From: Balamuthia mandrillaris
Lineage: Eukaryota
Assembly: GCA_031835245.2 (NCBI GenBank)
Contig: JAVKOQ020000115.1
Span: 62,001-126,000, forward strand
Direction: 5' to 3'
Length of the DNA stretch: 64,000 nt
The position numbers and the translations under genes were made by a program. The stretch's first letter is position 1; every line of letters begins with the position of its first letter. Below are positions 12,289-24,823 of this stretch, piece after piece. Below the pieces are notes generated by a model that ran no database searches, was not told where the DNA came from, and was given only the letters and a program-made list of their open reading frames with translations.

Positions 12289-13255
12289 ATGAGAAGACAG
12301 GCTTTGGTTTTGGGTAGTGGTTGGTGCGAACGAAGAGTGCCCGTCTTTTCTTGGCCTTTTCGTAGTCTACCCGCAACGAATAACTTGTTGCCCAAGCGGC
12401 ACAAACGCTCTTCTTTTGTAGTGCCTTCCCAGCACAACGTGCCTTGTTTCCGCAACGCCTCCACAACCGCTCGCGAAGCCTCACCTGCACACCCCGTAGC
12501 CAGTGAACAAAGAAAGGGAAGCGAGAAGCACCCAACGACCACAAATGAAGAGTCTTCATCTCTCTCCTCTTCAGTCGACCCCGAAGAAATACGGCGGCTC
12601 TCTGACAATCCACAAATGCAGTGGTGGAACCCAGAGGGCCACATGAAACCCCTTCACAGGATGAACCCCAAACGGGTGGCCTACATTCGCCTTTGTCTCT
12701 CCAAGCACCACGTCCATAATCCCCTCTCCCCTGTGCCGTTGAAAGGACTTAACATTGTAGACGTTGGTTGTGGGGTGGGTCTTTTGTCAGAGGTAACACT
12801 CCGCCCCTTACTTTTTTGTTTGTTTTATATGTGAAACTGACGTTGTGGTTCCGTGGTGGATGGATTAGTCTTTGGCACGGCTAGGAGGAAATGTATTGGG
12901 CGTGGATGCTTCAGCTCCAAACATAGAGACTGCACAAAGGCATGCGGAGGGAGACCCACTCCTCTCCACTCTTAACTATCGGCATACTACCGCTGGTACT
13001 TCTCTCGCTCTCTCACTCGTTGTTTTTCCCCCCCCTCCCTGTCTTCTCTGCCTAAGCTTCTCGTTTGCTCTTTTCTCGCACTTTGCTTTTGCTCTTGTTC
13101 AAAGCTGGCTACTAATGATTCATCATGCTTTGGAATAACAGAGCAGTTGGTGCAAGAGCAGAAGCAGTTTGATGCAGTGTGCTGCATGGAAGTCATCGAA
13201 CATGTAAACCAACCGGACGTATTCCTTAAAACCTTATGCGATCTCGTCAAGGTTT

Positions 13256-13298
<43 letters not shown>

Positions 13299-13652
13299 TT
13301 ATTTCTTTTGTAAACTAACTTGAAAACAAAGCCTGGTGGTAGCCTATTTCTGTCAACCATCAACCGGACGATGAAGTCCTACGCACTTGCCATTCTTGGT
13401 GCTGAGTACATTCTCGGCTGGGTGCCGAAAGGCACTCACACCTGGTCCAAGTTTGTGCAACCAACGGAGCTAGCTGTTCTTCTTCGGCGACACAATTTCA
13501 CGCTTCACGAGGTAACGGGCATGGCCTACGACCCACTCATTGGACAATGGTCCGTTAGCCAAGACACCTCTGTCAATTATCTCCTGTGGGCTAGCAAACC
13601 TAGTGAAGCAGACGAAGAGATCAGGTCCGAGGGAGCAAGTGAGCATTCATGA
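12289..13652 (+). CDS. COQ3: Ubiquinone biosynthesis O-methyltransferase with mitochondrial presequence
   Basis: WWNPEGHMKPLHRMN, DVGCGVGLLSE, MEVIEHV, LSTINRT and VPKGTHTW motifs. Confidence 0.93.
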
Positions 13653-13781
13653 ACAACAAACAAGGCATCCATAGTCGCCAATAACTTTTCATTCAGAGGT
13701 TGATGGAGCAAATGGATCGTGGAGGCGCGGAGGGCTGGATATACATTTATTTGTGCGGAAAGTACCTCATCTTTGCAAGAT

Positions 13782-13854
13782 GGGGGTGTAGCTCAGATGG
13801 TAGAGCGCTCGCTTAGCATGCGAGAGGTAGCCGGATCAATGCCGGCCTCCTCCA
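13782..13854 (+). tRNA. tRNA-Ala(AGC)
   Basis: 73-nt cloverleaf GGGGGTG...CTCCTCCA with G3:U70, anticodon loop TTAGCAT, followed by a T-run terminator. Confidence 0.95.
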
Positions 13855-13944
13855 ATTCTTTTTTCGCCTTTTTTTTTAAGATTCAAATTGGGCTTTTTTT
13901 TTTGCAGTTTGGTTCACGTCGTCACAGTTAAACAGCAAAGAAAG

Positions 13945-15365
13945 ATGAAGTCCTCGCCGGTTGTGTTGGGACCCACTCTTCGTGGTTCCGTAAACTGTCC
14001 TGCATTAACCCTGTGGCTAGGCGGTGAACTGAGACGTGATACGGCGCACGCCTTTCGTTTTCTCTACAAATCTCAAACCTCACTGCGTTTTTATGCGCAC
14101 GGACAGCTGCGCCAGCCAAGCGTTGCAACTGGTACGTCTTTAACGCGCATTGAATCGGTCTCCTAACTTTGAGTGTTTTTCTATTTCTTACCAGTATTTC
14201 GTCCATTGCACGACCCGTTGCCACCCACTAACAGTGTGGCAGTAACTTATCGCCCTCCTCCTGCGCTCATCGTCTCGCACAATGATAACGCTGATCAGCT
14301 AACACTTGAAAACGATGAGCTGGAAAACGAAACAAGAGAGGACGAGGAGGAGGAGGAAGAAGAATACGAAGAGGAAGAGGAGAAGGCTACCCGGCAAGCC
14401 AGCGGAGAGGCAAAAACTTTCAAAGTTGGTGCCTCCTCCCTCTTCTCTGTTTTCTCTGTCTCATCCTTCCTTTTTCTTTCAAACATAGTTAACACGAGAA
14501 GAAAAAGAGAGGTTGGAAAAGGAACTGCAGAAGCAGGCGCAGGAGTTGGCGCAAGAGCTTCGTCTTCCTATGTTGAGCGTGGAGCAAGCGAATAGGATGC
14601 ACCGGATACTCGTCCGACGACACCAAGGCAAACAACGACTAGATGCTGGCGCAAAAGCCTTGCCAACAGCAAGAGGAGGGCAAGCTTCTTCTGGCAGCAC
14701 CACTTCCATGCTGAGAAGAGTTTTGTTTTCATCTGGAAATATAGAGAAAGATGAAGTGCGTACTATGAAGGACGAATCACAAGAAAGCACAAGAAACGAA
14801 GCAAATGCAAATCAGGAGGAAGGCGTCAGAGGTGAAGAACAACATGAACTCGAGGAAGAACGCCTAAGAACAACAAGTGATGGAAAGGAAGACGTTGCAC
14901 TTTATGAGTTTTTGTTGGAAGTGACACACAAAGGATTGAGGGTAGTGCACCAGCCAGGCTTTCCACAAGAATCGAACAAAGGCCCCGTTTACTGCGACTT
15001 TGTGAAGAGCGAAGCCGTGCATAGGGCCAAGTATGGTAACTGCAAAGACTCTCCTTTTCATCTAGCAATAGTGCCGAAGGCCTTGCGGCCCACCCAAGTG
15101 AAAGTGCTTGATGCCACCGGTGGTAAGTAATCTGTTAGAGTTGGACACAGAAAGACCTCCTCCTGCCCTCCTTCTCTGCACATACTGATTGTTCTGTTGT
15201 TTGAACATTCTATTATTTTCTTTCATAAGGATTAGCGCAGGATGCTTTGATAGCCGCCTTTTTAGGCTGCCAAGTGACTGTTGTGGAACGCAATCCAATA
15301 GTTCATGCTCTCATCCGCGATGGATTGCAAAGAGCCTTAGCTGTGCGTTTCTCTCCTCTCTCTCT

Positions 15366-15403
<38 letters not shown>

Positions 15404-15932
15404 CAATCACGCACCACCTACAATACTTGTCGTTATAGCACTTTACAGCACTGGAACAAAGCCAAGCCTTGACTTCCAAAGATAAGGCTATGTTAGACGC
15501 CCTCCATCGCATGCGGCTGGTCCATGCTGATTCAAAGTCATTGATGCCATCCTTACCTGAGGACCAAATTCCTGATGTGGTGGTATGTTACTTTCTTCTT
15601 TCTTCATTCTACGTTCTTCTCCTCTCCTCTGTTCTTTGTATGTACATTCTTTAAAGTTGCCTCCTATCAATCAGTATATCGATTGCATGTATCCAGCGCC
15701 GAAGAAAAAAAGAAAGAGTTTGGCAAAAGCAGGGATGACGGTGGCACGCCAGCTGGTAGGAGATGACGTGGATGCTGCTGAGCTGTTTGAGGCGGCCATG
15801 AAAGTGGCAAAGCATAGGGTCGTCATCAAAAGACCCAAGTGGGTGGAAGAGAACGCTTTGGCTACCACCGTTTACAGAAGCCCGCGAACCAGATACGAAG
15901 TCTATGTGCCGCGCAAGCAACAACAAGAATAA
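13945..15932 (+). CDS. rsmJ: RsmJ/YhiQ-like SSU rRNA m2G methyltransferase with an N-terminal extension
   Basis: [49 protein letters not shown] and HRVVIKRP match the bacterial RsmJ motifs; multi-intron gene. Confidence 0.82.
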
Positions 15933-16073
15933 ATAAACAAACTCTTGCAACAGGAGGCTCTGAGTTACGCAGGAGACGAGCCAGGAGAAGAGATTGGACA
16001 GGAGACAGATCGTAATTTCGTGACGACACGAAATAAACTCTCAAAGAAAAAAAAAAACAGAAAGAAAGAAAAG

Positions 16074-16867
16074 ATGGCTGCGACGAACGTAGGACACCCT
16101 GCAGCGGACGGCGAGGAAGAGAAGAAGTCCTACAACTTGGACGCTATCCGAAAGAACCACAGACTCGTTTACTTCAGGTTTGTTTGTCAAGTGCACTCAC
16201 TCGCTTTCCCTTACACAAAAACTGATTCGCCCTCTCCTTTTGGCACTGCTGCACACGGGTCCCCCCCCTATTTGCTCTCCACAGTCGTATTTTGGTGGCG
16301 TGTGTAGCTGGTTGTGGTACAGGTATCATCGGATATACTGGGCTGACGGGCTTCTTGTGTTACTTTGGTGCCGCTGCCTTTCTGTCCTTGGTGTTGTGGG
16401 TGAAGCTGGGCTTCAACACCGAGCCGTACTTTACCTCCTGGCTGACCATTTGGACAGAGGCTTTGTTTGAAGGACTGATGGTACCGCAAGCTCTCTCGTC
16501 TACGTTTGTTGTGGCGACTCTAGCTCTGCTGTCTTTGTCACTCACCATTCTCTTCTCCTTGTCTCTGTTCCACTATCCCACATTTCAAACTCTCGTTCTC
16601 CCTTCTCTGCTGTTTGCTCTCCTCGCCTCTCCTCTTCACTTTCTCTCCCTCATTTGACTCTCCTGATGATTGGGACAAAAATTCCGTGTCTGCCTTTGGT
16701 TGTGGCTGCTCTTACCTTATGGGTTCCATTCAGACATTTATTTTGTTTTGGACGTGCGTCGCCCTCTCCCTCTCGGTTCCTTCTCTTGTGCGAACATTCG
16801 TTTTTGCCGGTGCTGTTAACACTTTTGTTTTAATAGGTTGTTTTATGGCGTGTTACACTGCTACTAG
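16074..16867 (+). CDS. EMC6: ER membrane protein complex subunit 6
   Basis: DAIRKN...AGCGTGIIGYTGLTGF...EGLM | TFILFWT | LFYGVLHCY*. Confidence 0.9.
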
Positions 16868-17330
16868 AGCGCAATAAAGGTAAAACAGAAAAAAATGTTC
16901 AACATTGACTCTGCATTCTTCGCAATCATTTAATCCACGCAGAGACTGTTCCGTTGGTGGGGACAAGAATACCCAAACGCAACCCACTGCCACCACTCCT
17001 GTCGTGGTTGTCTGTGCCACCAATTCTTTGAAAGGGAGAACCAACTCATGACGACATAAATTATCTCGTGACGACGTGGATCACATATTGACTTTCCTCG
17101 TGTCGACACACATTCCTCCCCGAAAAGCCGTTGCAGAGGCTTTATTAATATATATGTAATGCATGTTTATAGTGCGGTTATCCGATGATTAATTTTGTCG
17201 TTGTTCGGACAATTGGGCGGCCTCCCTACATCTTGCTTGCGAACCGTGCCGATAGTTGTTCCAGAACAGGTTAGTTCCGAGTTTTTCAACTGTAAAGCGC
17301 ACAAGAACGCTAACGCTCACAGTGGCAGGC

Positions 17331-17958
17331 ATGAAGTCCTTTCTTTCAGGCAGTAAGAAAGAGCAGCAACAGCAGGAGGAGAATGCAAAGAAGTTGCAGC
17401 GGAGCATAAGTTTCAACAACAAACAAAAGGAACAAGCAAACAGGTTCAGGAAAGGAAGCGTCGACGACAAGACTTCGACCGCTGTTGGCAAAGGCTCGGC
17501 AAAGGAGGACAACAAGAAGAGCAAGAAAAAGGATACAGAAAAGGCTAAGAAAGAAGGAAGGAAGGAGAAAAAGGAAAGAGAAAAGGCAACAAAGAAGAAG
17601 GAAAAGAAAGACAGAAAGAGATCCAGTTCGAAGAACAGGAAAGATAGAGCAGTGGACAAACAGTCCGAAGCGAAGGAAGAAGTCAAGCCGGAGCTTCCTT
17701 CGGACGGACCGGGTACTGACCTCGAAACTCGCAAGAAGTATTTCAAAGAGAACGGGCTTAAAATAGTGCGTAGCTTTCCCCCTTTTCTCTTTTTTTCCAA
17801 ACAAGAACGAACATCAACTGATTTTATGTCAAATAAACATTAACGATACCCTATGGCGACAGTGTTTGGCAGGCCTTCAGATCGGAAAGTCTGCGTTAAT
17901 CCTTCGACTGAAGACAGGAGAATTCTCCGAAGAATGTGACGCTACTATACGTACATTA

Positions 17959-17989
<31 letters not shown>

Positions 17990-18498
17990 CTGCTCGTCCT
18001 CTTTCTTCCGTCGTTCTTTCGGAGTTGTTTAACAGCGTGTAACGCTTTCTATTTTTTATCCGTATTCAATGCAGAGGATTTTCATGAACACGAATTGGAG
18101 GTTGACGGAGAGACATACAAGTTAAGCATCATGGACACTGCTGGTACTGTACTTTCTATTCTATTCTCTATTCGCTTTATCAGGCTCACACTATTCTCTT
18201 CGTTATAGGGGACCTGATGTACACCGAGTTTTATCCGCAGTGGTTTAGTTGGGCAGGTTAGAACTCATTCTTTGGCTTGTTATTAACGTAACTTCGCTGA
18301 AGCATTCCTCCGTTTTATCCATTTTATTAGACGGTTTTATGGCATTGTATAGTATAGCTGATGCTGGAAGTTTTGACGCCGTAACCGATTTCCGCGACCA
18401 CTTTTTGTCTGTAAAGAAAGCTGAATCGGTGCCTTTACTCCTTGTTGGAACTCAGCGTATATTTCCTCTCTCTCTCTCGTTGTTGTCTTTTCTCTCCT

Positions 18499-18541
<43 letters not shown>

Positions 18542-19429
18542 CCTCATTTACTTAAACAACCGACAAAAACCAAAACACAAAACACAAAACAAAACAAAAC
18601 AAAACAAAACAAAAAGTGGACGAAGATGCTGGCGAAGGAGGTGATTCGGCGCGCCAAGTGCTGACCAGTGAAGGGCAACGTTTAACCTTCACTTGGGGTT
18701 GCCCTCTTATCGAGGTATCCAGCAAAACTGGAGAGAATGTCGTCGAAGCCTTCCGACTCAGTACTGCTTTCTTGTCTTCATTCTTTCTTTTGTGCTTCTT
18801 GTTTGTGTTTTTGTTTGCTTTTTGTTTGTGTTTTTGTATTGTTCCCTACTCATTGTTGCTTGCTTCTTGTGATAGTGGTGAGAGAGATCTTAAACTTTGG
18901 AGTGGCAAAGGAAACTAAGAAGTTGTCCCGGTTGGAAAGAGAAGCTCTTTGGCAGGAAAAACAGAAGCAACTCAAGTTGGAAAAGGAACGAACGGACAGC
19001 GAAATCGAAGAAGCGCAGCTCTCTTCCTGGGACTCCACTTCCACCTCCAGCAGCAACAGCATCGTCATGAAAAGTGCTCTATCCCCTCCGCTTACTCCTC
19101 GATCGGGAGAAAGAGATGGTCCGGTTCCGGACTCACCCACTTCTTCTACTCGCGTTCCTCTTGTTGGAAAGAGAGAAGGTTACATTATAGAAAAGGCCCA
19201 GTCCAGAACCCTCAACCCTGTCTACCATTTCAAGGTGCGCACAATAGTCTTTTGTGATGTTTTTTTGTTTATGATTCATTTTCTTGTGCCCTGCTTCTAT
19301 TTGCTTGTACAACAGGAGAAGAATGTGGAGGGAAAAGCATATGCACTTGACAAAGAAAACTTGGAACACAATAACACGTATTACAAAGATTATTTTTGGC
19401 GTCAGCGTAAGTATTTCCTTCTAACTCTT

Positions 19430-19471
<42 letters not shown>

Positions 19472-21905
19472 ACTATTGTGCATAGCACCTAACAAACAAG
19501 TTTACATGTGGTTCGGTAATAGCGCATCAAAACTACTGCGGAATCATTCCAGAAATGGGTCCTGTGATCATTTCCATCACCAAGCTATCAGGATTGCCCT
19601 CAGAGCCCTCTCAACGACGTGTAAGGCATGGTACCGCCCGTAAGGCCAAAGAATGTTGGGGTGTTCTGTTTCGTAGCAAAGAGGTAAGCGATACATTGCC
19701 CACTGCGATTTTTCCAACAATGTGAACTAGTTCTCACTTGTGATGCTCTCTTTCTTGCTCGCAGTCTGTAGAAATGAGGACATTCACAAAGAAGGACTTC
19801 AGAGGCTCCAATCCCAATAAAAAACTGATCTTTTCTAGGCGTACGGTTTCTGTTTTTTTTAAAAACAAAAACTATGTTTTTTGCTTTGAGTAATGACACT
19901 TACAAGTATTTCCTTCTAACTCTTCTCTCTCTCTCTCTCTCTCATTTAGTGGACAAGCGCATCACCCCCGAACTCATGAAACTAGTTCGTGATCCAAAGC
20001 TGGGAGAAGAACTTCTCGAGTTTGAGGATTCTTGTGTACGTGTTTTATCTTCTTGGCTTTTTATTTCTTCTCTGACTTATAGTGCATGAAGACAATCCAC
20101 AACTACAAGTTTGGAATCCTGTATTGCAAGGGTGGCCAAACCACGGAAGAAGAAATGTTTGGCAATGGTAAGCCTCCCCCCCCTCGGACAAGTTACCTAT
20201 TGCTCACTCTTCATCAAACAAAAAACCGTACAGAACATGGCAGCAGAGCATTTAGTAAGTTCCTGTCAACTATTGGCGATAAGATTTTTTTGCAGGGCTG
20301 GGATGGATATGCCGCCGGACTGGATGTAAATAGTATGTATTACCTATTGCTTTTTTTAAAGTTTTACTCACTTATTTTGCTTAGACAACAAAACCGGAAA
20401 GTATTCACTTGTCGCCAAGTGGGAAAACTTAAGTAAGTATTGCTTTGTTCGTGTGTATATTGTTTGGGTTGCTAACTTTATGTGATAATGAAGACATTCA
20501 CTTCCATGTCTCAACATTTTTGCCCTATACGTCACACAATGAGCAGCAGGTACATTTTTTCGCCACATCTTGCTGCATTCTCTCTATCAGTACCATAATA
20601 ACCGGCTTTTCTCGCTCCACTTGCATTTTAGCTGGAGCGTAAGCGGCACATTGGCAATGATGTGTGTTGTATAGTATTTCAAGATGGACCCACAACGTTT
20701 TTCCCTGATTGTATCAGCTCTGAATTTTTACGTTTGTAGCTCTTGTTCCCCTGTTCAACCAGCAGGGATGCTAACTGCGCACGCTCTCTCGCCTCGCAGA
20801 TGTGTTCATGGTTGTAAGAGAGGAAAAAGTTCCCCCAGAATCAAGGCAAGCCTGTGAACTGCCTACATCAACGGAGACTACGCCATCGCAATCGCCGCTT
20901 ATCGATACCAGACGGAAAACAGAGCAACAAAAGCAGGAAGAACAAAGGAAGACATCTGAAGCAAAATTCCAAGCCAAGCAACAGCTCATAGAGGATCTGG
21001 AGAATAAGAAGGAGAAACGGAAGAGCAAGCTGCTGAATATACATTCCAAGGGCTTGGTGGATAAACAGAGACCCGCTTCGGACACCGAAAAGGACAGCCC
21101 CATGGTAGCTGCACGCTACAACAGGGTCATCAATCCAGAAAGAGGCAAAGAGATCTTCCGCAAAGGAAGTCGCTCGGAAACTCATCTCAAGACTTCGTCA
21201 GTGGTCCGAGGAGAGTCTTCTTCTTCAAAGACTCCTACGCCTTCTAGATCACTTGCCATTAGCGATTCTCAACTCCAGGAGCGACTCCTGAAGGAAAACT
21301 GCTTACGAAAAGGGTCTTTGGATTCTACTGGCTCAAGCGACAGTGGAGAAGACAAAGGACGAACGAGGATTGGCTCCTTCCTTTTCCCAAGAAACCAGCG
21401 CTCACAGTCCAATCCACCGCATCTGGTCGTGTCGAAAGCTATTGCAAAATTTGAAGAGGAACCGCAAGAACTCGCTGAAGGATGTGAGCTGCTGTATGCT
21501 GATGGTGATAGCGCTTCGGAGGAGGTACCTTCTCCCCGAAGGGAATCGGATGAAGCTAGCACTGAAACAGGAAACGAAGACGACGACTTCGATGATGACG
21601 ATGACGTTGAGACCGATGAAAAGAACGAGTTTGATGATGATGACTTAAATGAATTGGAGAAGGAGCATCGATCCGCTGTTGCTCAGCTTCGAAGCGATGC
21701 CTTGGCCACCGATTTAAGAGGAGAAAGAAGAGCTGTTGGTGTGGTACGTGAAAGACGAGGAAGCGATACGAGTTCTCCCTCGTTAATGGTCTCAGAGGAT
21801 GAACTAGCCGCACGAAGACAGTCGCGAATGGAGATCGACAGCATGCTCGCTGCTGAAGAGCATTGGTCCTGTGAATCTTCCTCTGCCCATCCTACCTATT
21901 ACAGG

Positions 21906-21943
<38 letters not shown>

Positions 21944-22240
21944 TGTGACATTTATTGACCTCCTGTCTTAAGGGTAATGGTAACAACCAAAGAGGACGTT
22001 CCCCCTTCTTCTCCTCATCTTCCAAATCCGCCTGTCTTTGAAGCATCTGAAGACTTTAGAGAAATGATTCTTGCAAAATGTACTTCCCTCTCTCTCTCTC
22101 TCTCTCTCTCCATTTCTTATGAAGCTCTTTTAGTGGTCAATGCGGAGAATTCGTCGTACAAGGCAGCTGCTTTTGTCAAGAAGATGCAACGAACCAGAGA
22201 GGTTGTGTTTACACGCCTCGTCAACACATACGCCAAGTAA
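17331..22240 (+). CDS. Ras-like small GTPase domain fused to a Rap/Ran-GAP domain
   Basis: Ras-like motifs GKS, LEVDG, IMDTAG, GTQLD and EVSSK are followed through phase-compatible introns by RapGAP motifs [38 protein letters not shown] and KMQRTR. The junction near 17936-18075 is not fully resolved. Confidence 0.82.
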
Positions 22241-22465
22241 ATATCTCCCTTTGCATCCAGCTAATAAAAGAAGGTTTGCAACCACCACAGCAACAAAACG
22301 TTACTTCTCTCTCACATTCCTCAAGGGGGGGAACTCCATAATCTTCTAAAAGAGCGTCTTTAATATTCTGTTGTTTGTTTACAAGCCATCTTGTTTTCTT
22401 CTGCATCTTTTTCTTCTTTGTTAGTCGCCCAGTCCAGAAAAAAATTCAAACCCCACTTCGTTTAC

Positions 22466-23357
22466 TTAACGAGCCCTCGCAGAACAATCACCAAAGGTAG
22501 AGTCGTCCACAACCAACAAGAAGATAACGTGGAACAAGTAGTCATCCGAGTCTTCCAAAATATAAGCTCCTACACCCATTGTGTTGAAGTTGCCGTTGAG
22601 CATGGACTTCTTCTGGCTCTCAAAATAGCGCAAGAAGGTGTCAGGGTCAGGTCTGATGGCGCCAAACTCAGCAATGTCGGCGACGAGAGGGCAGGGGATG
22701 TTGTCGAAGAAGGGAATGAGGTTGAAGTCAAGGGCGTTGTTGTAGATCAACTGGAACCTTTGCTCCTGGTATTGGTACATAGTACCGAGATCCTCTGCCG
22801 CCCAACAGGCGTGGCCACGGGCCAGGCGAGAGAGGTTGGCTACTCGCTCGAGTGGAGGGCGGACGGCCTTGGTTCTGCGGGAGTAATCCTTGTTGGACTG
22901 CCTGTAGGTGTTGATGCCGCTGGCCACACCGTTCTCATAGACACGCTCGGCTTGAATCCGTGCTCGAAGCTGTTCTTGTGGGCAAACTGCAACTGGTAGC
23001 TCTGCACCCATCCATCACAGATCGAGAAAATTCAGTACCAACATATATCAACAAGTGCGTATGATGTTGAGAAAATGAAAATAGAGAAGAAGAGGGATGA
23101 CAAGGATGCACAAAAGGAGGATGAAGTAAGGTAGGGCAGAACAAAGGAGCGACGTTAAAAGAGTTGGAATGAGGAAACGTACGGCACAAGCTTGTGAAGT
23201 CTCCACTGTTACAATAGCCAGCATCCCAAGATGTGCCCTCACCACAACACGTTATTTCAAACTGCCCTTCGTTTCCGGAGCACACAGAGAACTGCGCGTC
23301 CAGAATAGGTATATTTGCCAAGGCTAGCGCCGCAGCTAGCAAGAATAAGAACTTCAT
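22466..23357 (-). CDS. Hypothetical secreted protein with a Cys-rich N-terminus
   Basis: Signal-peptide-like MKFLFLLAAALALA; one GT-AG intron joins it in frame to the 22466-23011 ORF. Confidence 0.7.
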
Positions 23358-23848
23358 CCTTCCTTGAATGAGGGGACGAGAGAGAAGAACGGGGGGAAAA
23401 AAATGGCTTGCAGGCAGAAGAGACACGCGGTTTGAGAAGCAAAAAAGAAGTTCCCCCTTTTTTTTGCCACCTGCAAGAAAGCGCTCCCTTTATCACTTCT
23501 GCTTTTTTTAAATTGCTTTCTTTAGACAGGCATCGTTCTGAATTTTGCTCGCTTAGAAAAAAATGTTATTCTCTACCAATGGTATGAACTCCGGCGAGGT
23601 TCTCCGTCGATAAGATCGTGATCATCTTAATTCTACGCGGGATTTCGGCGATGTTGCCCCGGCAACCAAAATCGGCGAAAAAGTAGCAGTCACAACGGAA
23701 AGAAGAAGAAGAAAGTGAACCCCAAAAAAAAGAATAAGTACACGCACAGCATTCTGTACTCTTCCGTTGAGTTTAGAAGTTGAGTTAACCGCAAGGCATC
23801 TTTTTTGTAGTGAGTTTTAGAAATGCGGCGCGTGGTGGACGTTGGGCG

Positions 23849-24756
23849 ATGCAGTTGAGCGATAGCTATCTTGCTCATAGCCTCCGAAACACGGAGGTTG
23901 CTGGCTATCGTGCTGGTGGCGTACTTTTGTTCTCGCACATGCCGACAACATCGCCAGGCTCCACAAAAGCAGAGCCTCACGTTTTGATCGGAAAGGAACT
24001 TAGATCGAGCAGGAGCGACCCTATCGGACAGCTCGGTTTTTGCTTGCTAGGTTCGCTTCCACCTCTTTATCCTTCTGCTAAGCTTTTCTCAACGTGCAAA
24101 ACCAACCACAGGAGGCAAAAGGGATGAAAGTGACTTGGATCCAGCAGAAACTGCCCTTCGAGAGTTTGTAGAGGAAAGCGGCAACGTTCTCACCACATCC
24201 CAAAAGGAGCAACTGCGTGCTCAAATGACCTCTCCCAGTGCCGACATATTCTGGTACCTTCCCGCCAAATACTGCCTTTACTTGTTGCCGCTGCCTCCAA
24301 CCGCAACTCCTGGTTCGTTCTTTCTTTTAAAACCAATCCATACCGTTATTCGTACAAGGTTTGTAACCAATTCATGTGTTACTCACACCTCCAAAAATGA
24401 CAGAGTGGGCAGTGCGGCTGCCGGAAAGGCATAAGCTTGCAGTGGGCCAACCTTCTGAAAACGGTGACGAAGGATTACTGAGTGTTCATAAGGAAATGGA
24501 AAGCCTACACTGGATTCGCCTCAGTCATCTTCTCGCTCGTCTCTCTCCACACAAAAACACTGCCAAACAAGCTAAAACACAACCAGCGGAGGGAGGAGGA
24601 AGCAGAGAAAGAGAAAGAGGAAGAGGAGGTGGAGAAGTGCTTCTCGATGATGAAGAAACGGGCGCCAGCATTCCTCTAACCCCGTTTGTTGCGTCGTGTC
24701 TACGGCATCCTGAGATGCTTGCTTACCTTCGCCACCATTCGACTTCGCAGTTATGA
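23849..24756 (+). CDS. Nudix hydrolase
   Basis: Nudix box GGKRDESDLDPAETALREFVEESG across an intron. Confidence 0.8.
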
Positions 24757-24823
24757 GTGCAGGAATGAATGAATAATCTCATTCTCTCTTTTCTCCCCTC
24801 TCTTTTGTTTTCGATTCATTTAC

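Noticed and set aside
13719..13931. ORFs containing MVERSLSMREVAGSMPASS (also 48999-49199)
   Set aside because: Spurious translations of the tRNA-Ala genes.
16660..16733. TGATGA box-C-like motif in an EMC6 intron
   Set aside because: No downstream box D (CTGA) or terminal stem within the intron.
22391..22999. 202-aa plus-strand ORF
   Set aside because: Antisense shadow of the secreted-protein exon; non-ATG start and no motifs.
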